64,000 nt of DNA, taken from the human T2T-CHM13v2.0 reference genome, Homo sapiens. Location: assembly GCF_009914755.1 (NCBI RefSeq), contig NC_060926.1. One strand, 5' to 3'. The stretch's first letter is position 1; the number at the start of each line of letters is the position of its first letter. Under the pieces are notes generated by a model that was not told where the DNA came from, ran no database searches, and was given only the letters and a program-made list of their open reading frames with translations. The position numbers were made by a program, and so were the translations under genes. This document shows, piece after piece, positions 47,065-60,158 of the stretch.

Positions 47065-47550
47065 TAATAATAGCAATAGCTAACATGTTTGAACACCTAC
47101 AAAATACTAGGCCCCATGCCAAGTTCTATACATGCAAGACAGCAACATTTATCCCCCCATAACCATATGAAGTGGTTCTGTTACTCATCCCATTTTGCAG
47201 ATGAGGACACTGAAGCTTGGAGAGAATGAGTAACTTGCCTAGTGTCATTTCACCTAAGTAAGTGGCAGAGCTGAGATTCACACTCTGGTCTGGGGCCCTG
47301 AAGACTCTATTATTCTTCATGACAAGTGGTTAAGATGTATCTGCTGTGTGGGTCCAAGAGCCAGACTCTTTGTGTTCAAATAGCATATACCTACCTGCTG
47401 TTAATTTGCCCTTGAACAAATTACTACTAGGTTTCTCCAATGAGGTTATAGAGTTGTTGCGAAAATGAAATGGCCTAATGCAGAACAGGTGCTTAATGCA
47501 GCACTTGACATGATAAAGACAGTCACAAAATAGCAGCTTTTGTTACTATA
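47065..47550. mobile_element. Two adjacent MIRs in opposite orientation (- about 47065-47310, + about 47320-47550)
   Basis: CCCATTTTGCAGATGAGGACACTGAAGCTTGGAGAG; then GTGGTTAAGA...CAGACT...GTTCAAAT...CCTTGAACAAATTACT. Confidence 0.7.
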
Positions 47551-48261
47551 TGGGCAGGGGCTACTGCAGATGATGCCCAGAGACCTGTGAAGAGTGAGGG
47601 GTCCCAGCCGCTCTCAACTGGGACAGCAGGACACAGCTTGCAGATTGGGGTCTGCCCCCTTCTGCATTATACTTTGCTTCTTCTTTAGGCATGGATTAGG
47701 ACAAAAAGACATCAAAAGGGAAGTTAAAAGGGAGACTTGTGTGTGTATGAGCTTTGGAATGGTGTGCGGCGGGTGCGTGGTGAGGTGAGGAAACAAACAT
47801 CAGTAGGTTGACTTTTATAGAATCCCATTTTAAAGGGATATTTAATGGCTTCCATGGGTCTCTTTAAATGTATTCCACCATATTATTTGGTAGATAGGCC
47901 AAATAATGGGATGGGGATGCAGGTATGCTAGTTAAGTTCCCCTAGCAGAAGTACTTCCATCCCAAGTGGGTTAAGGGAATTAAGAGCTTGTTGAAAATGA
48001 AGTGCTGTATGGTAGCTGCCAACAGTTGGAAACACTTTACCTAAAATCATTTGAATGCAAGAATACTAAAACAAAGTTAGTTCTTTGAAAACAGCAATTG
48101 TTTCTGAAATGATTCTGATAAAACGGCAGGTAAATTTACACGATAGGACATTTTGCTTGAGACTGAGAATAGTCTAAAGCTGCTGGTTCTGGTGGCATTT
48201 TGAAGTGCAGAGCCTTGAACTTGAAGGCAGTGTTTGGCTAACTCCTATATAACCTTAAAAA

Positions 48262-48465
48262 TTGGGCTCAAACATCACCTCCTCTAGGAAGCCTTCCCTG
48301 ATCTTCCCAGAGCCCCTTATCTATGCTCTCAAAGCACAACCTGAACACCTCTATTGTAATATTCACCATATTTTATTGGAGTGATCTTTTTAGAAATTTT
48401 TTCCTCTAATTTCCACTCCTGTCTTATTTCTAGCACCATCGACTTAGCACACAGTAGGTGCCCAA
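48262..48465 (+). mobile_element. L2 3' fragment
   Basis: GCTCAAACATCACCTCCTCTAGGAAGCCTTCCCTGA...GCACACAGTAGGTGC. Confidence 0.75.
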
Positions 48466-50059
48466 GCTAGTCAAACTGAAGTAGATATGACTAGGTTACC
48501 AAGAGAAGAGAAGGGGGAATGAAGACAGAAAGGGAGGACTCTAAGACCGCCGACAATAGTCTCTCATTTCATCATCTTATATCAAACAGACCCTGGCTCT
48601 ACATATTTGAATTCAAAATCCAATGTATTGTCAATCTGGGCCCCTTTTATAGAATAATTTTTTATTCCCCATCCAGACCTGGAAAAACCACAAACCTCAG
48701 GCAGTTCACGTTACTTTCTTGGAAGCAAAGCAAGCATGGCTGGCTTGGGTTCAAGAGAAAGGAGGGAAATTGATCCATCTTTTTTTTCCTACCCTCCAAG
48801 AGAAAAAGGAGACCAGTTCAGCTTAGGCAAGATCCCCTGTCAGGCAGAGACCAAAAACGTAGGAAGAGTTTCTATACTCTCCAGGTCAATGGTGCCACCC
48901 TTTGTCTCTGTAATCTGCTTCTCCAACATGGTGGGCAATGGGGGAATTTTGCATAAACACTCTCTGATCAGCTGTGTCATCTAGGGGCAGCTCCACCACC
49001 TGTGCCTGAAATGTCAAAAATAATTCTTCTAAGTCTCTTCTCAGGCAGCTTTGGGATGATTTCAAACTTGAGAAAAGAAGCTGAGGGTAAAAAATTACAT
49101 ACCATTCCAAATCAGAGCAGACAGGCTGTAAAGTTCTAGATTTTGTTTGAAATTTCTCTTCAGTGTAGAACAGCATCTTTACTCTGTATTGACAGAAGCA
49201 GCCCTTTCCTTAATATAAGCCAAGACATAGCCATAAACCAGATCGACAGGTATAATATGTTTGGCATGTATTGTTATTTGTTACCAGGAGGGCTTGTAGC
49301 CCACAACTCACCCTAAACAGATGAGCTCTAAATGCTTGGATTACAAACGGCTGTGAATTTAAACATACCCAACTTGTCTTTGTTAGAGTGAACCCAGAGC
49401 ACATGGCTTTCCACCCGGACTGGTTGGTTACTGCTGCCCTATTCTTTGATGGAGATAAACAAACAAACAAACAAACCTGATTGCAATGGTGCTTTGGAAC
49501 CCCTAGATCCTGAACTCCTTTGGGAGAGATCTGAGAGTGGGAGCAGGGCCTTCTGCAGCCAAGTTAGCCTCCCAGGCTGGCTAATAGCTGGTGAGTTTCT
49601 TCCCTAGGTTTTGGTGGAGGTGACCACTATGGTGTCAAGACTATGGACCTGGGAACAGACAGACTTGGGTTCAGATTCCAGCTCTACCACTTACTAGTTG
49701 AGGGACTTCAGCCCTAATCCAGTTCTCTTTTTCATTATTTATTTTCTCTTCTTGAATGGGGAATACTTTGACATGTTTGAAGACTTAAACAATATAAGGA
49801 TATGTGTGCTCGGAATCTATTCTGTCCTGTCCTTATCCATCATGCTTACCTATACCCTGACCATTGTCCTTAGATTCTCATTGTTTCTTCTGGTGTTTTT
49901 TATGCAAACAAAAGCAAATTTATTATATATATTATTATTTTTCTTCCTTCCCTACCCAAAAGGCATCCTATTATGTATACTGTCCTGAACATTGTCTTGT
50001 TTTTTTTTTCATTCATAATATCAGAACACAAAGATGTTCCTTATTTTTAAAAATTTAAA

Positions 50060-50269
50060 AATTATTATTATTTTTTGAGATGGGGTCTCATTCTGTCACC
50101 CATGACAGTGAACGAACATGGCTGTCTGCAGCCTCCACCTCCTGGGCTCAAATGATCCTCCTGCCTCAGCCTCTGGAGTAGCTGGGACCACAGGGGTGCA
50201 CCACCATGACTGGCTAATTAAAAAAAATTTTTTTTGTAGAGAGAAGATCTTGCCATGTTGCCCAGACTG
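50060..50269 (-). mobile_element. 5'-truncated AluJ inside L1ME-like sequence
   Basis: CTGCAGCCTCCACCTCCTGGGCTCAAATGATCCTCCTGCCTCAGCC; left arm truncated. Confidence 0.85.
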
Positions 50270-51063
50270 TCTTCTTTATGTTTCATATATGCATATTATG
50301 CTATAGCATGGATATATCATAGTTTATTCAACCAGTACCCTATTGCATGGATTCTAGTCTTCTGCTATTAGAAACAATGCTACAATGAACATCCTGGGTT
50401 GCATGTCCTATGTTTACTGGTGTGCCTTTAGGAATACCTCTGCTGGGAGAAAGGATAAATGCATCTGTAATTTAAGTAGAGCTGGAATCATGTGGTTCTA
50501 ACTTCTTGAAGAATTTGCTTTAAGAATGGTGGCTGGAATGATGCTATTATCTCATATTAAAGCATACTGTAGCAACAAGTCATCCAAAACTTATTGTATG
50601 TACTCCCAGATAGTACCATGCTACTTGATCATGGAGTAAGCATGGACTTGAATCAGATAGTCCTGTGTTTTGAATCTTAGCTCCACCACCTACCAGATGT
50701 GCTATGTTGGATGCACCACCACAGGTTTTAAGTCTGTCTGTTTATCTGGAACACAGTTGCCCTCATATTGGGTGTTTAATAAATATTCCTTGATTGAATA
50801 CCATAGGGACACTGTTGAAGATGCTGTTGCTTGGTTCATTCCATGTCTTCTTCATGAGGAACCCCAGCCAATCTCTTACTAGTCTGTCTCAGGGTTGACT
50901 GTACTTCTAAACAACTGGGATTTGATTTTATCCCATGAACACTGTGGATCGTGCAATGGATTCTGTTTTTTTCTTTTCACTTTGGCTGCTAAGAGGCTCA
51001 GAACCAAGTTTCCTGTTCTCCTCTAGCCAGCATCCAGTCTTTTAGGGCAGACATTTTATAAAC

Positions 51064-51570
<507 letters not shown>

Positions 51571-54019
51571 ATTCTAAGCTAAATATACCCCTCCTTTTTC
51601 TCATTTTTCCTGTTCTTATTTTTCTTTCATAGTAATGTATATTAGTTCTCTTAGCTCCTGCACTGTTCCCATCATCTTCCATGTAGAAAATAAAACATGG
51701 CTTCTTATAAGTCAATGGCAACCAGATGCTTGAGAATAAAGCAAGCAAGGGAACAGAGAAGGAAATCAGGTATGTCACTAGGGGAAACTCATTTATTCAT
51801 TTATGCATGCATCATTCATTTATATTCAACAAATATTTATGACATGCTGTGGGCTCAGCTCCATGTTATGGGGGAGGGAATTACCTCTCTGGTGAAAATC
51901 ATGTCTAGGAGAGATTCTTTCTAGGGAATATGTTTTTTAGGTGTATGATAATTTCAGATTGTTTAATAGGAGCTGTGTTTCTGACGTTTCTTTTCCCCTC
52001 CAGGCAGAACCTTGGCATTTACCCAGGGAAACATCCTAATGTGTACCGTGGCAGGGCGTGGTAAAGAACCTAGAAACATGTCAGTCAGTAGAAGGTGTGT
52101 TGGCCCCCGGAAAGCCAAGCATTTGTCTGATGAAGCATAGAGTGAATTCTGGCTTATATGTTTCATCACTTGGCTGGGTCCTTCGTCAGATGAAAAGGTA
52201 GCAGCTGAGAGCATTAGCAGAAACAATTGACGGGCTAAGCTCTCTGTGAGAGCAGCAGACTCAATCGAGGAGGGCTGGGAGCCCAGGCGTGGGCTGTCAT
52301 GAGAAGTCCACTTGCAGCAGTGGCAGTGATCCTCATAAACACGGGCCCACCGTGCTCAGAGCCCCATTTTCCCACTGACATTGGCCAAGATGCATCCTGG
52401 CTGTGTGCAGACCCCAGAGAGAACTGCCCGATAGTGGCAACACTGGCACAGTGGCCAGCCAAGGAGGGAAAAGCAAAGCAAAGAGGACTGAGGCAAAGCA
52501 AAGAGGACTGAAGATATGAAGACCCGTATCTCTGCTGAGAAGAGCTCATCATAGAACAAGGACAAATGGCCAGCAAGATGCCATGCCTGAAAATATTCAA
52601 ACATCAAGTCCCACTTCCTGGTCTTACCTATGTCATCGGAAGTGTGTAGATTCTAGGCTGGAGAGCTACTTTTTTTCAATAGGTGGAAACAAAAATTCAT
52701 GAAGCATCCTGAAATTATTGCTGAATTCAGGGATGAGGGCAGCTTCGATTTCTTCTCTGAACTTGGAATTGTTTGCTAGATTTTGCAGGCTTGACTCCAG
52801 CAGTGCAGTTGTAGAAACAAGCCAGCAGCAGCAGCCACACCTAAGCTGGGTTGCGCCTTCCTGGGAGGTGTCCCTGCCAAGATGGGAAAACCTGAGATGC
52901 TCCCCAGTGGATGCAAATATGTGGGAGAAAATTGAATAAAATTTCCCCTGGGGTGCCCCCCAGGAAGCATGCTTCCTCCTCCACTTGGTTTGGCTCTCAT
53001 TTTCAGTTCGTCTGTGTTCAGGCAAAACCTTTATGTTGTTAAAAATGAAATTAGAACCGAAAGGAAGCAGGGAGCAGTTGTGGCCAAAGATGACACTGAG
53101 AAAAGGTGGAAATTGGTGGCAGCATCAGGCTTTCCCTGCTGGAGTCTGCACCCCTGAAATAAGCAGGCAGAAAGTTGGGAGGAAAGCCGAGCTGCAGGCC
53201 TCTCGGTCACTGGGTCCCACCACGGGGATACCCGGTGCCGCGCTGAGCCCAGAGCAGATCCAGACTCTCCTCCCGACTCCCCCACCCCTTCCTCTCCTTG
53301 AGGGGGCCTCACAGCCCCCCCACCCCCAGCACTTACCCATGCAATGCACAGGCCCTTCCCCAGTTCTGGAGGGATTTATGCCTTTTGGAGGAGCAGGTTT
53401 TAAAGCCAAAAGGGCTTTTTGGTGATATGCAAGAGCCCAAAGGATGGCACCACAGCCTGGCCACTGGGTGCAGGCTGGTGAGGTTCAGACTCACTGGCCA
53501 CAGAGGTTGGGGGTTGGGCATGGGGTGGGGGCTTTCCCTGGATCCTAGGTGGACCAAGTCACCTCAGAGGAGTGAGGACCGGAGTGGATGCTCACGCTTC
53601 CTTCCTCAAGGGGCAAGCGCTGCAGGGAGAGGCTCCCAGCTGACATCCTTTAGGAGGCCTGGAATTGGGGCGGCTTTTCCTGACAGAGGGCTGTCTGGCT
53701 TGCTGAGCTGGGCTCTGCCAAAAAGCCATCTGAGCCCTGACTTTCATGCTAACGTAAGGAAGTGATTATGACTGGAAACTTGAACTTGGAATGTGGTCTC
53801 TCCAGGTCCAGGGCACTTCTAGTGTGCCTCGTTGGGTAAAACAGGCTTTCTCAGCTGCCCAGGTGGCCTTGCCATGGAGCGGGAAGAGCCAGTAGCTGCA
53901 AGGTGTGAGCTGTGGGCCTGGCCTGGCCTGTTACCCTTGGTGTGAGGGGACAGCACCCTCAGCATCTCTGGGCCTCACAGGAGGGTCTCAGCCCCTTTCT
54001 ACCTCAAGAAATTTTATGT

Positions 54020-54740
54020 AATCAAGTGTGTTATTCATTTGGTGTCATTCTTTCCCCGTAGTTTGTGTAGAAAGGAAGTGGAGTTGTGGTAAAAAGAAAC
54101 CCGGTGCAGCCAAAACACACATACACAAAACCCCCGGGCATCTCTCCGTTGAGTTTCGCTTGTCAGAAAGTGCCGCGAAAGGACAGCTTGATTTTTCTTT
54201 TATGCAGCTTGTCTGCAAATGGCACTTGAACTAAAATATTCCCTTTCATCTTTGTGACAGAAATATGATTCAGTAATTCTTTGTGAAAATGTAGATGATA
54301 CGCTGCCGTAGTTACAGTGAGTTACGTTTAAGTGGCAAATGCCTACTGATAAAGACTTAATTAAAGACACAATAGCAGTGGGAGGTCATTATAGTAATTA
54401 CAGTCCCGGCTTTATTGTTGGGGTCCAGTACTGAATTGTAGCAGCACATTGCCGCTACATAGTGTCTTGGTCTGATGAGGCAGTGCTCCAACTCAGTGTA
54501 CTTAAGACTTTCACTTGCCATGGGATCAGGCCTTTCTGCAGTTGCCCTGGTTCCACTTTATTTTTGTGTAGGCTTTGCGCCTCATTTAAAATACGTGATA
54601 AAATAAATCGGTAATCTCCTAGGGGTGCGTTCTGTTTCATCTTTCTCTGGTTACGTATTAGACTGGCACCAGTGGCATGTGAAGGATTACGAAGGTACCC
54701 TGGAACTTCTTTTATGGCAGCACACCAGTATGCCTGATCT
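54020..54740. promoter_or_regulatory. Candidate conserved non-coding element
   Basis: Repeat-free; retains many CpGs in AT-rich context; TGACAG, TTAATTAA, TAATTA and TTTTATGG motifs. Function is inferred. Confidence 0.45.
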
Positions 54741-55143
54741 TGGGGAATTTTGAAACCTTGGAGACAAAGATCTTGTGAGGCTAGCAACTTTCTCGTTGCC
54801 TGGGATAGGACAATGGGTGGTGCTCTGTGGAGGTCTGCAAGGGATTGACTTTGGTTGATTGTGAAGTACATGAAGCTCTTGTCTCTCATTTCTGAGCAAA
54901 GAGGTACAGCTCTCGGCACCTCCTGAGGGCCTCTGCTTCCAGGTCTGTCACATCACTTTGAGGGCACTGCTCCAGGCCAGACCGCAGGCAGAGTGCCTTT
55001 GTGGATTTAAGGACAAACCTCATGCTTGCAGGACACAGGCAGGGCCTTGAACTGGGTTGTCATGCAGGTTGGAATGTTGGTATCAAAGAACAAGAGTCAT
55101 TAGCAGTTTGCTAATGTGGTTAAGAATATTGTCAGCATCATTT

Positions 55144-55352
55144 ACAGATGATGGGAACAATAGTCACTGGGGACTCCAAAAGGAGGGAGGGAGAGAGGAG
55201 GGGCAAGGGTTAAAAACTACCTATCAGGTACTATGCTTACTACTTAGGTGACAGGATCATTCATACCCCAAATCTCAGCATCATGCAAGATACCCATGCA
55301 ACAAACCTGCATATGCATTCCCCGCATCTAAAATAAAAAATTAAAATTAAGA
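55144..55352 (+). mobile_element. Heavily 5'-truncated L1PB-like 3' end
   Basis: GGGAACAATAG.CACTGGGGACTCC...AACAAACCTGCA...CTAAAATAAAA; 22-bp TSD AAGAATATTGTCAGC(A/T)TCATTT (55122-55143 / 55353-55374). Confidence 0.9.
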
Positions 55353-56260
55353 AAGAATATTGTCAGCTTCATTTCAGAGTTATTCCCAATTGAATACCAT
55401 AAGGGAGGGGTAGGTTAATCATGAAGGTGCATCTAAATGGTGCCTTCTGCCTCTTAGAAGTCTGGGATAAGTAGTTTGTGGGTTATTAGACATCCTGCTT
55501 ATCCGTTGAAGTTGTAGAAGGTCTTACCTGTTTTCCTAAAATCACTGCCCCTAGACATCACCTTGCCTAATGACTCTTCAACAGGCATTTCTGCCCCTGA
55601 CCAGCGCTAATGAGATGTCAGATGAGACTCATTTAGAATGATTTTAGAAAATCCAGAGAATACAGCTCAGAAATATCTTTCTCAATGCTTTGTTGCTATG
55701 ACAGAAATCATCCCAGTAGCAATCCTTTAGGTTATGTTAGAAGTTATGAACACCTTTAAGGTGAATAACAGTATGGCCCAGAAGGTGTTCCTTGACCCTA
55801 TCATAGGAGTGCTAGGCCATCAAGGATCAGATAAAATTAAATAAGACCCTCACGTGTCCTTCCAAGTCCTGGATCCTGACACTTCTTGAGCTTCTTGGCT
55901 AGTTTCTGACTTCATTGTTGATTGAGACTCTGACTATTGGCTATTCCATTTGGCTTTTGACCTCTCCCAGCCTACTGGTTGGAATTAATTTTGGCTTTGC
56001 TTGATTGACTCATCTGCTGTCTCCTGGACTGACTTTGATGTGTGGCTGTGTCTCTTCTGGCACCTACCTTCAGCAAGTCTCAGCCTTGGGTTTTACCACA
56101 TCTTGCCTGTGCTCAGGACCTTGGTGTAAAGTGCCAATAATCCTCAAGGGAGTGGCTCCCCTACTTTAAACCCTTTAAAGGGATTGGCTTCCAAAAGGCA
56201 AAGTATTAGATCCTTGGGTAGAGAGTGGGACTGGGATGATAGATGGGGGACAGGATATTG

Positions 56261-57867
56261 AATAGTTGGGGACTTCAACATTTTACTTTCAGCAATTGAT
56301 AGAACTAGTAGACAGAAGATCAGCAAGGATACAGAAGAACTGAAAAATATCATCAAACAATAGGATCGAATTGACATTTATAAAATACCTCACCCAACAA
56401 GAGTAGAATTTGCATTCTTTTTAAGTACCCACAAAACAGTCACCAAGATAGACTATATCCTGGATCATAAAACCAGCTAAAATGTTTTAAAGGATTGAAA
56501 TGGTACAGAATATATTCCTGGAGCATAATGAAATCAAACTAGAAATTGATAGTGGAAAGACAATGGGAATCCATAGATCAGAGAAGAAACCTTAAAGGAA
56601 ATAAAAAATACAACCAAATAAAAAGGAAAAACAACAGCAACATAATCAATATTTGTGAGATGCAGTGTTGACAGGAAATTTATAACACCAACTATTTATG
56701 TAAAAAAGATAAAAGATTTTGAATCAATAACCTAAGTTCTCATTCCAAGAAACTGGAAAAAGGAGAGCAAAACAAGCCCAAAGCAAATCGAAGGAATGAA
56801 ATAATAAAGAACAGAAATCAGTAACACTGAAAACTGGAAAACAATACAAAAAAGTAATGAAACAAAAAACTAGTTATTCAAAAGAAATTAATAAAATTGA
56901 TAAATCTCAAGCAAGATTGACAAAGATTATAAAAGAGAAAATATACAAATAACCAATATCAGGCATGAAACAGAGGCTATCACAACAGATCCTGTAGCTG
57001 TTGAAGGGATAATAGGGGAATATTATGAAGAAATTTATGCTCAGAAATGAGAAACTTAGAAGAAATAGACCAATTCCTTAAAAACCACAAGTTACTGAAA
57101 CTCAGCCAAGATTAAATGGGTAACATAAATTGTTGTATAACTATTTAAAAATTAAATTTGTAATTAAATAACTACTGAAAAAAATTTCCAGGCCTAGATG
57201 GAAGGATTTTACTGGAGGATCTTTATCAAATGTTCAAGGAAGAATTAATACCAATTTTATACAGTTTCCCACAGAAAATAGAAGAGGAGGGAACATCATT
57301 CAACTCATTTTGTGAGGTGAGTATTAATTACTGTTGTTCCAAAACCAGGCAAACACAACAGAGAAAAAGAAAACTATAGACTAATATCTCTCAGAAACTT
57401 AAATGCAAAAATATTCAAAATATTCAACATAATTTTAGCAAATCAAATCCAGCAATGATTAAAAACAGTAATAGACTATGACCAAGTGGGATTTATTCCA
57501 GGTATACAAGGTTGATTCAATATTTAAAAATGAATCAACATAATTTACCATTTCAACATCATTGATAATGTCACTTGGGGCAGAAAACAAATTTAACACA
57601 ATTTTATTCCTATTTATAACAAAGACTCTCAGTACATTATGAATAGATGAGAACTTCCTCAAGCTCATAAACAGCATCTAGAAAAAATGCAGCTAACATT
57701 GTATTTAATGTTGAAGAACTAAATGCTTTCCCTCTGAGACTGGGAACAAAGCAAGAATGTCTGCACTCACTGGTCTTATTAACATAGTATTAGTACTTCT
57801 AGCCACTGGAACAAGGCAAGAAAAAGAAAGAAAAGGCATTCAGATTGGAAAAGAAGAGAGAAAACTG

Positions 57868-57905
<38 letters not shown>

Positions 57906-59880
57906 GCAGGTGTAAGTGGCAAAATCTGAATAAGCTCTATGATTTGTGTTGTGTCAATTTCCTGGTTTTGATATTGCACTGTAGTACAATAGTTCAGCAA
58001 GATGTTAACATTGGAATGGTGGCATGGGGGCTAGGTGAAGGGTGCCCAAGACCTGCTTGTACATTTCTTCTATTTTCAGATAACGTAATTGTGTATATAG
58101 AAAAGTCCCCCCAAATCTATGAAAAAACTTCTAGAAATAAATGAGTTTAACAACGTTGAAGGATACAAGATCAACACACAAAACTCAATTGCATTGCTAT
58201 ATACTAACAATGAACTAAAATTTAAAAAAGCTATTTACAAATGCTGCAAAAAGAGAGACACTTAGGCACAAAATATGGGCAAGATCTGTACGCTGAAAAT
58301 GACAAAATGCCGATGAAAGAAATGAAAGACCTAAATATTTGCAGACATGTCACAGATTAGAAGACTCAACATAGTAAAGATGTCAATTCTCTCTAAATTG
58401 ATCTATAGGTATAATGTTTTTACTATTAAAGCCTGCTAAAATTCACATGAAAAAGGAGAGGCACTGTAATAGCCAGAATAAATTTGAGAAAGAAGAAGAA
58501 AGTGGGAGAAATTATTATTTTAATGTTAAGGTTTATTATATAGTTATAATAATCAAGGCAGTGTGGTATTTACAGAAGGATAGACACATGAATCAATGGA
58601 ACAGAATAGGGAACTCACAAACAAATCCACACAAATATACCCAGTTAATTGCTGACAAAGGAGCCGAAGCAATTTAATCGAGGAGAAATAGCCTTTTCAG
58701 TAAATGGTGCTGGGGCAATTGGATATCCACAGGCAAAAAACTGGATGTCAACCAAAATCTCACACCTTGTGCAAAATTGACTCAAAATGGATCATGGATT
58801 TAAATGTGAAACCCTGAACTATACAATTTCTAGAAAAAAATAAGAGGAAATCCTTGTGAACTCAGAGTAGACAAAAGGTTTATAGACTTGACACCAAAAG
58901 CATAGTCCATAAAATAAAATATTGATAAATTGAACCTCATTGAAATTTAAAACTTTTTGCTTTGCAAAAGACCATTTTAAGAGGATAAAAAGGCAAATTA
59001 CAGACTGGGAAAACCTTTGCAAATCATGTATCTGACAAAGGACTTGTATCTAGAATATACAAAGAACTCTCAAAATTGAACATTAAAAAACCAACAATCT
59101 ATTTAGAAAATGGGAAAAAGACATGAACAGACATTTTTGAAGAGGATGTACAGATGATAAGCACATGAAAAATGTTCATCATCATTAGGCATTAGAGAAA
59201 TGCAATTTTAAACCACAGTGAGATACATCTCTCAGATGTCTAAAATAAAAAATAGTAATAACTTCAAGTGCTGGCCAAGTTGTGGAGAAATGCAATCATT
59301 CATACATTGTTAATGGGAATGTAAGATTATACAATCATTCTGGAAAATAGTTTGGCAGTGGCTTAAGAAATTAAACATGCAACTACCATGCAACTCAGCA
59401 ATTCTTCTCCTTGGGCATTTATCCCAGAGAAAGGAAACTTATATTCACTCGGAAACTTGTATAGTAATGTTCATAGCAGCTTTATTAATAGCCCCAAATG
59501 GGAAACCACACAAATGTCCTTCAATGGGTGGCTGGTAAAACAAACTGTGGTACATTATACCATAGAATTCAACTTAAAAAGGAAAGAGCTATTGACACAT
59601 GCAACAACTTGGATGAATCTCAGGGAAATTATGCTCAAGGAAAAAAGCCATTTGCAAAAGGATACATACTACATAATTCCATTTATAAAACATTTGCGAA
59701 ATAACATAATTATAGAGATGGAGTGGTTGCCAAGAATTAGAGATATAGTAGGGTCAGGGGGGTGCAGTAGACATGGATATAAAGGGGTAGCACAAAGGAG
59801 TCTTGTGGTGATGCAATAATTCTGTATCTTCATTGCATTGGTGGTTATATAAAGCTACCATGTGATAAAATTGCACAGAG

Positions 59881-59923
<43 letters not shown>

Positions 59924-60158
59924 GACACAGACACATACAATGCAGGTATAACTGGTGAAATCTGAATGAGCTCTGTGATTTGTGTTGTGTCAATTTCCTG
60001 GTTTTGATATTGCACTGTAGTACAATAGTTCAGCAAGATGTTAACATTGGAATGGAGGCATGGGGGGCTAGGTGAAGGGTGTCCAAGACCTGCTTGTACA
60101 TTTCTCTACAACTTCCTGTGAATCTATAATTATCTTAAAATAAAAAATCATAAGAAAA
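56261..60158 (+). mobile_element. 5'-truncated L1MC-like element (decayed ORF2 plus 3' UTR)
   Basis: Starts in the endonuclease region (ATAGTTGGGGACTTCAAC = IVGDFN); RT motif remnant at about 58070-58100; 3' UTR with (CA)n; ends CTTCCTGTGAATCTATAATTATCTTAAAATAAAAA. Confidence 0.92.
57870..58068 (+). repeat. Displaced duplicate of 59882-60105
   Basis: (CA)n plus 168 bp matching the downstream L1 3' UTR with 8 substitutions and 1 indel by hand count. Confidence 0.95.

Noticed and set aside
52235-53765. Cluster of 70-155 aa ORFs on both strands
   Set aside because: No recognisable domain; expected in GC-richer sequence with few stop codons. Also too CpG-poor to call a CpG-island promoter.
58414-59819. 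ORFs with L1 ORF2-like peptides
   Set aside because: Fragments of a decayed L1; no intact ORF2.
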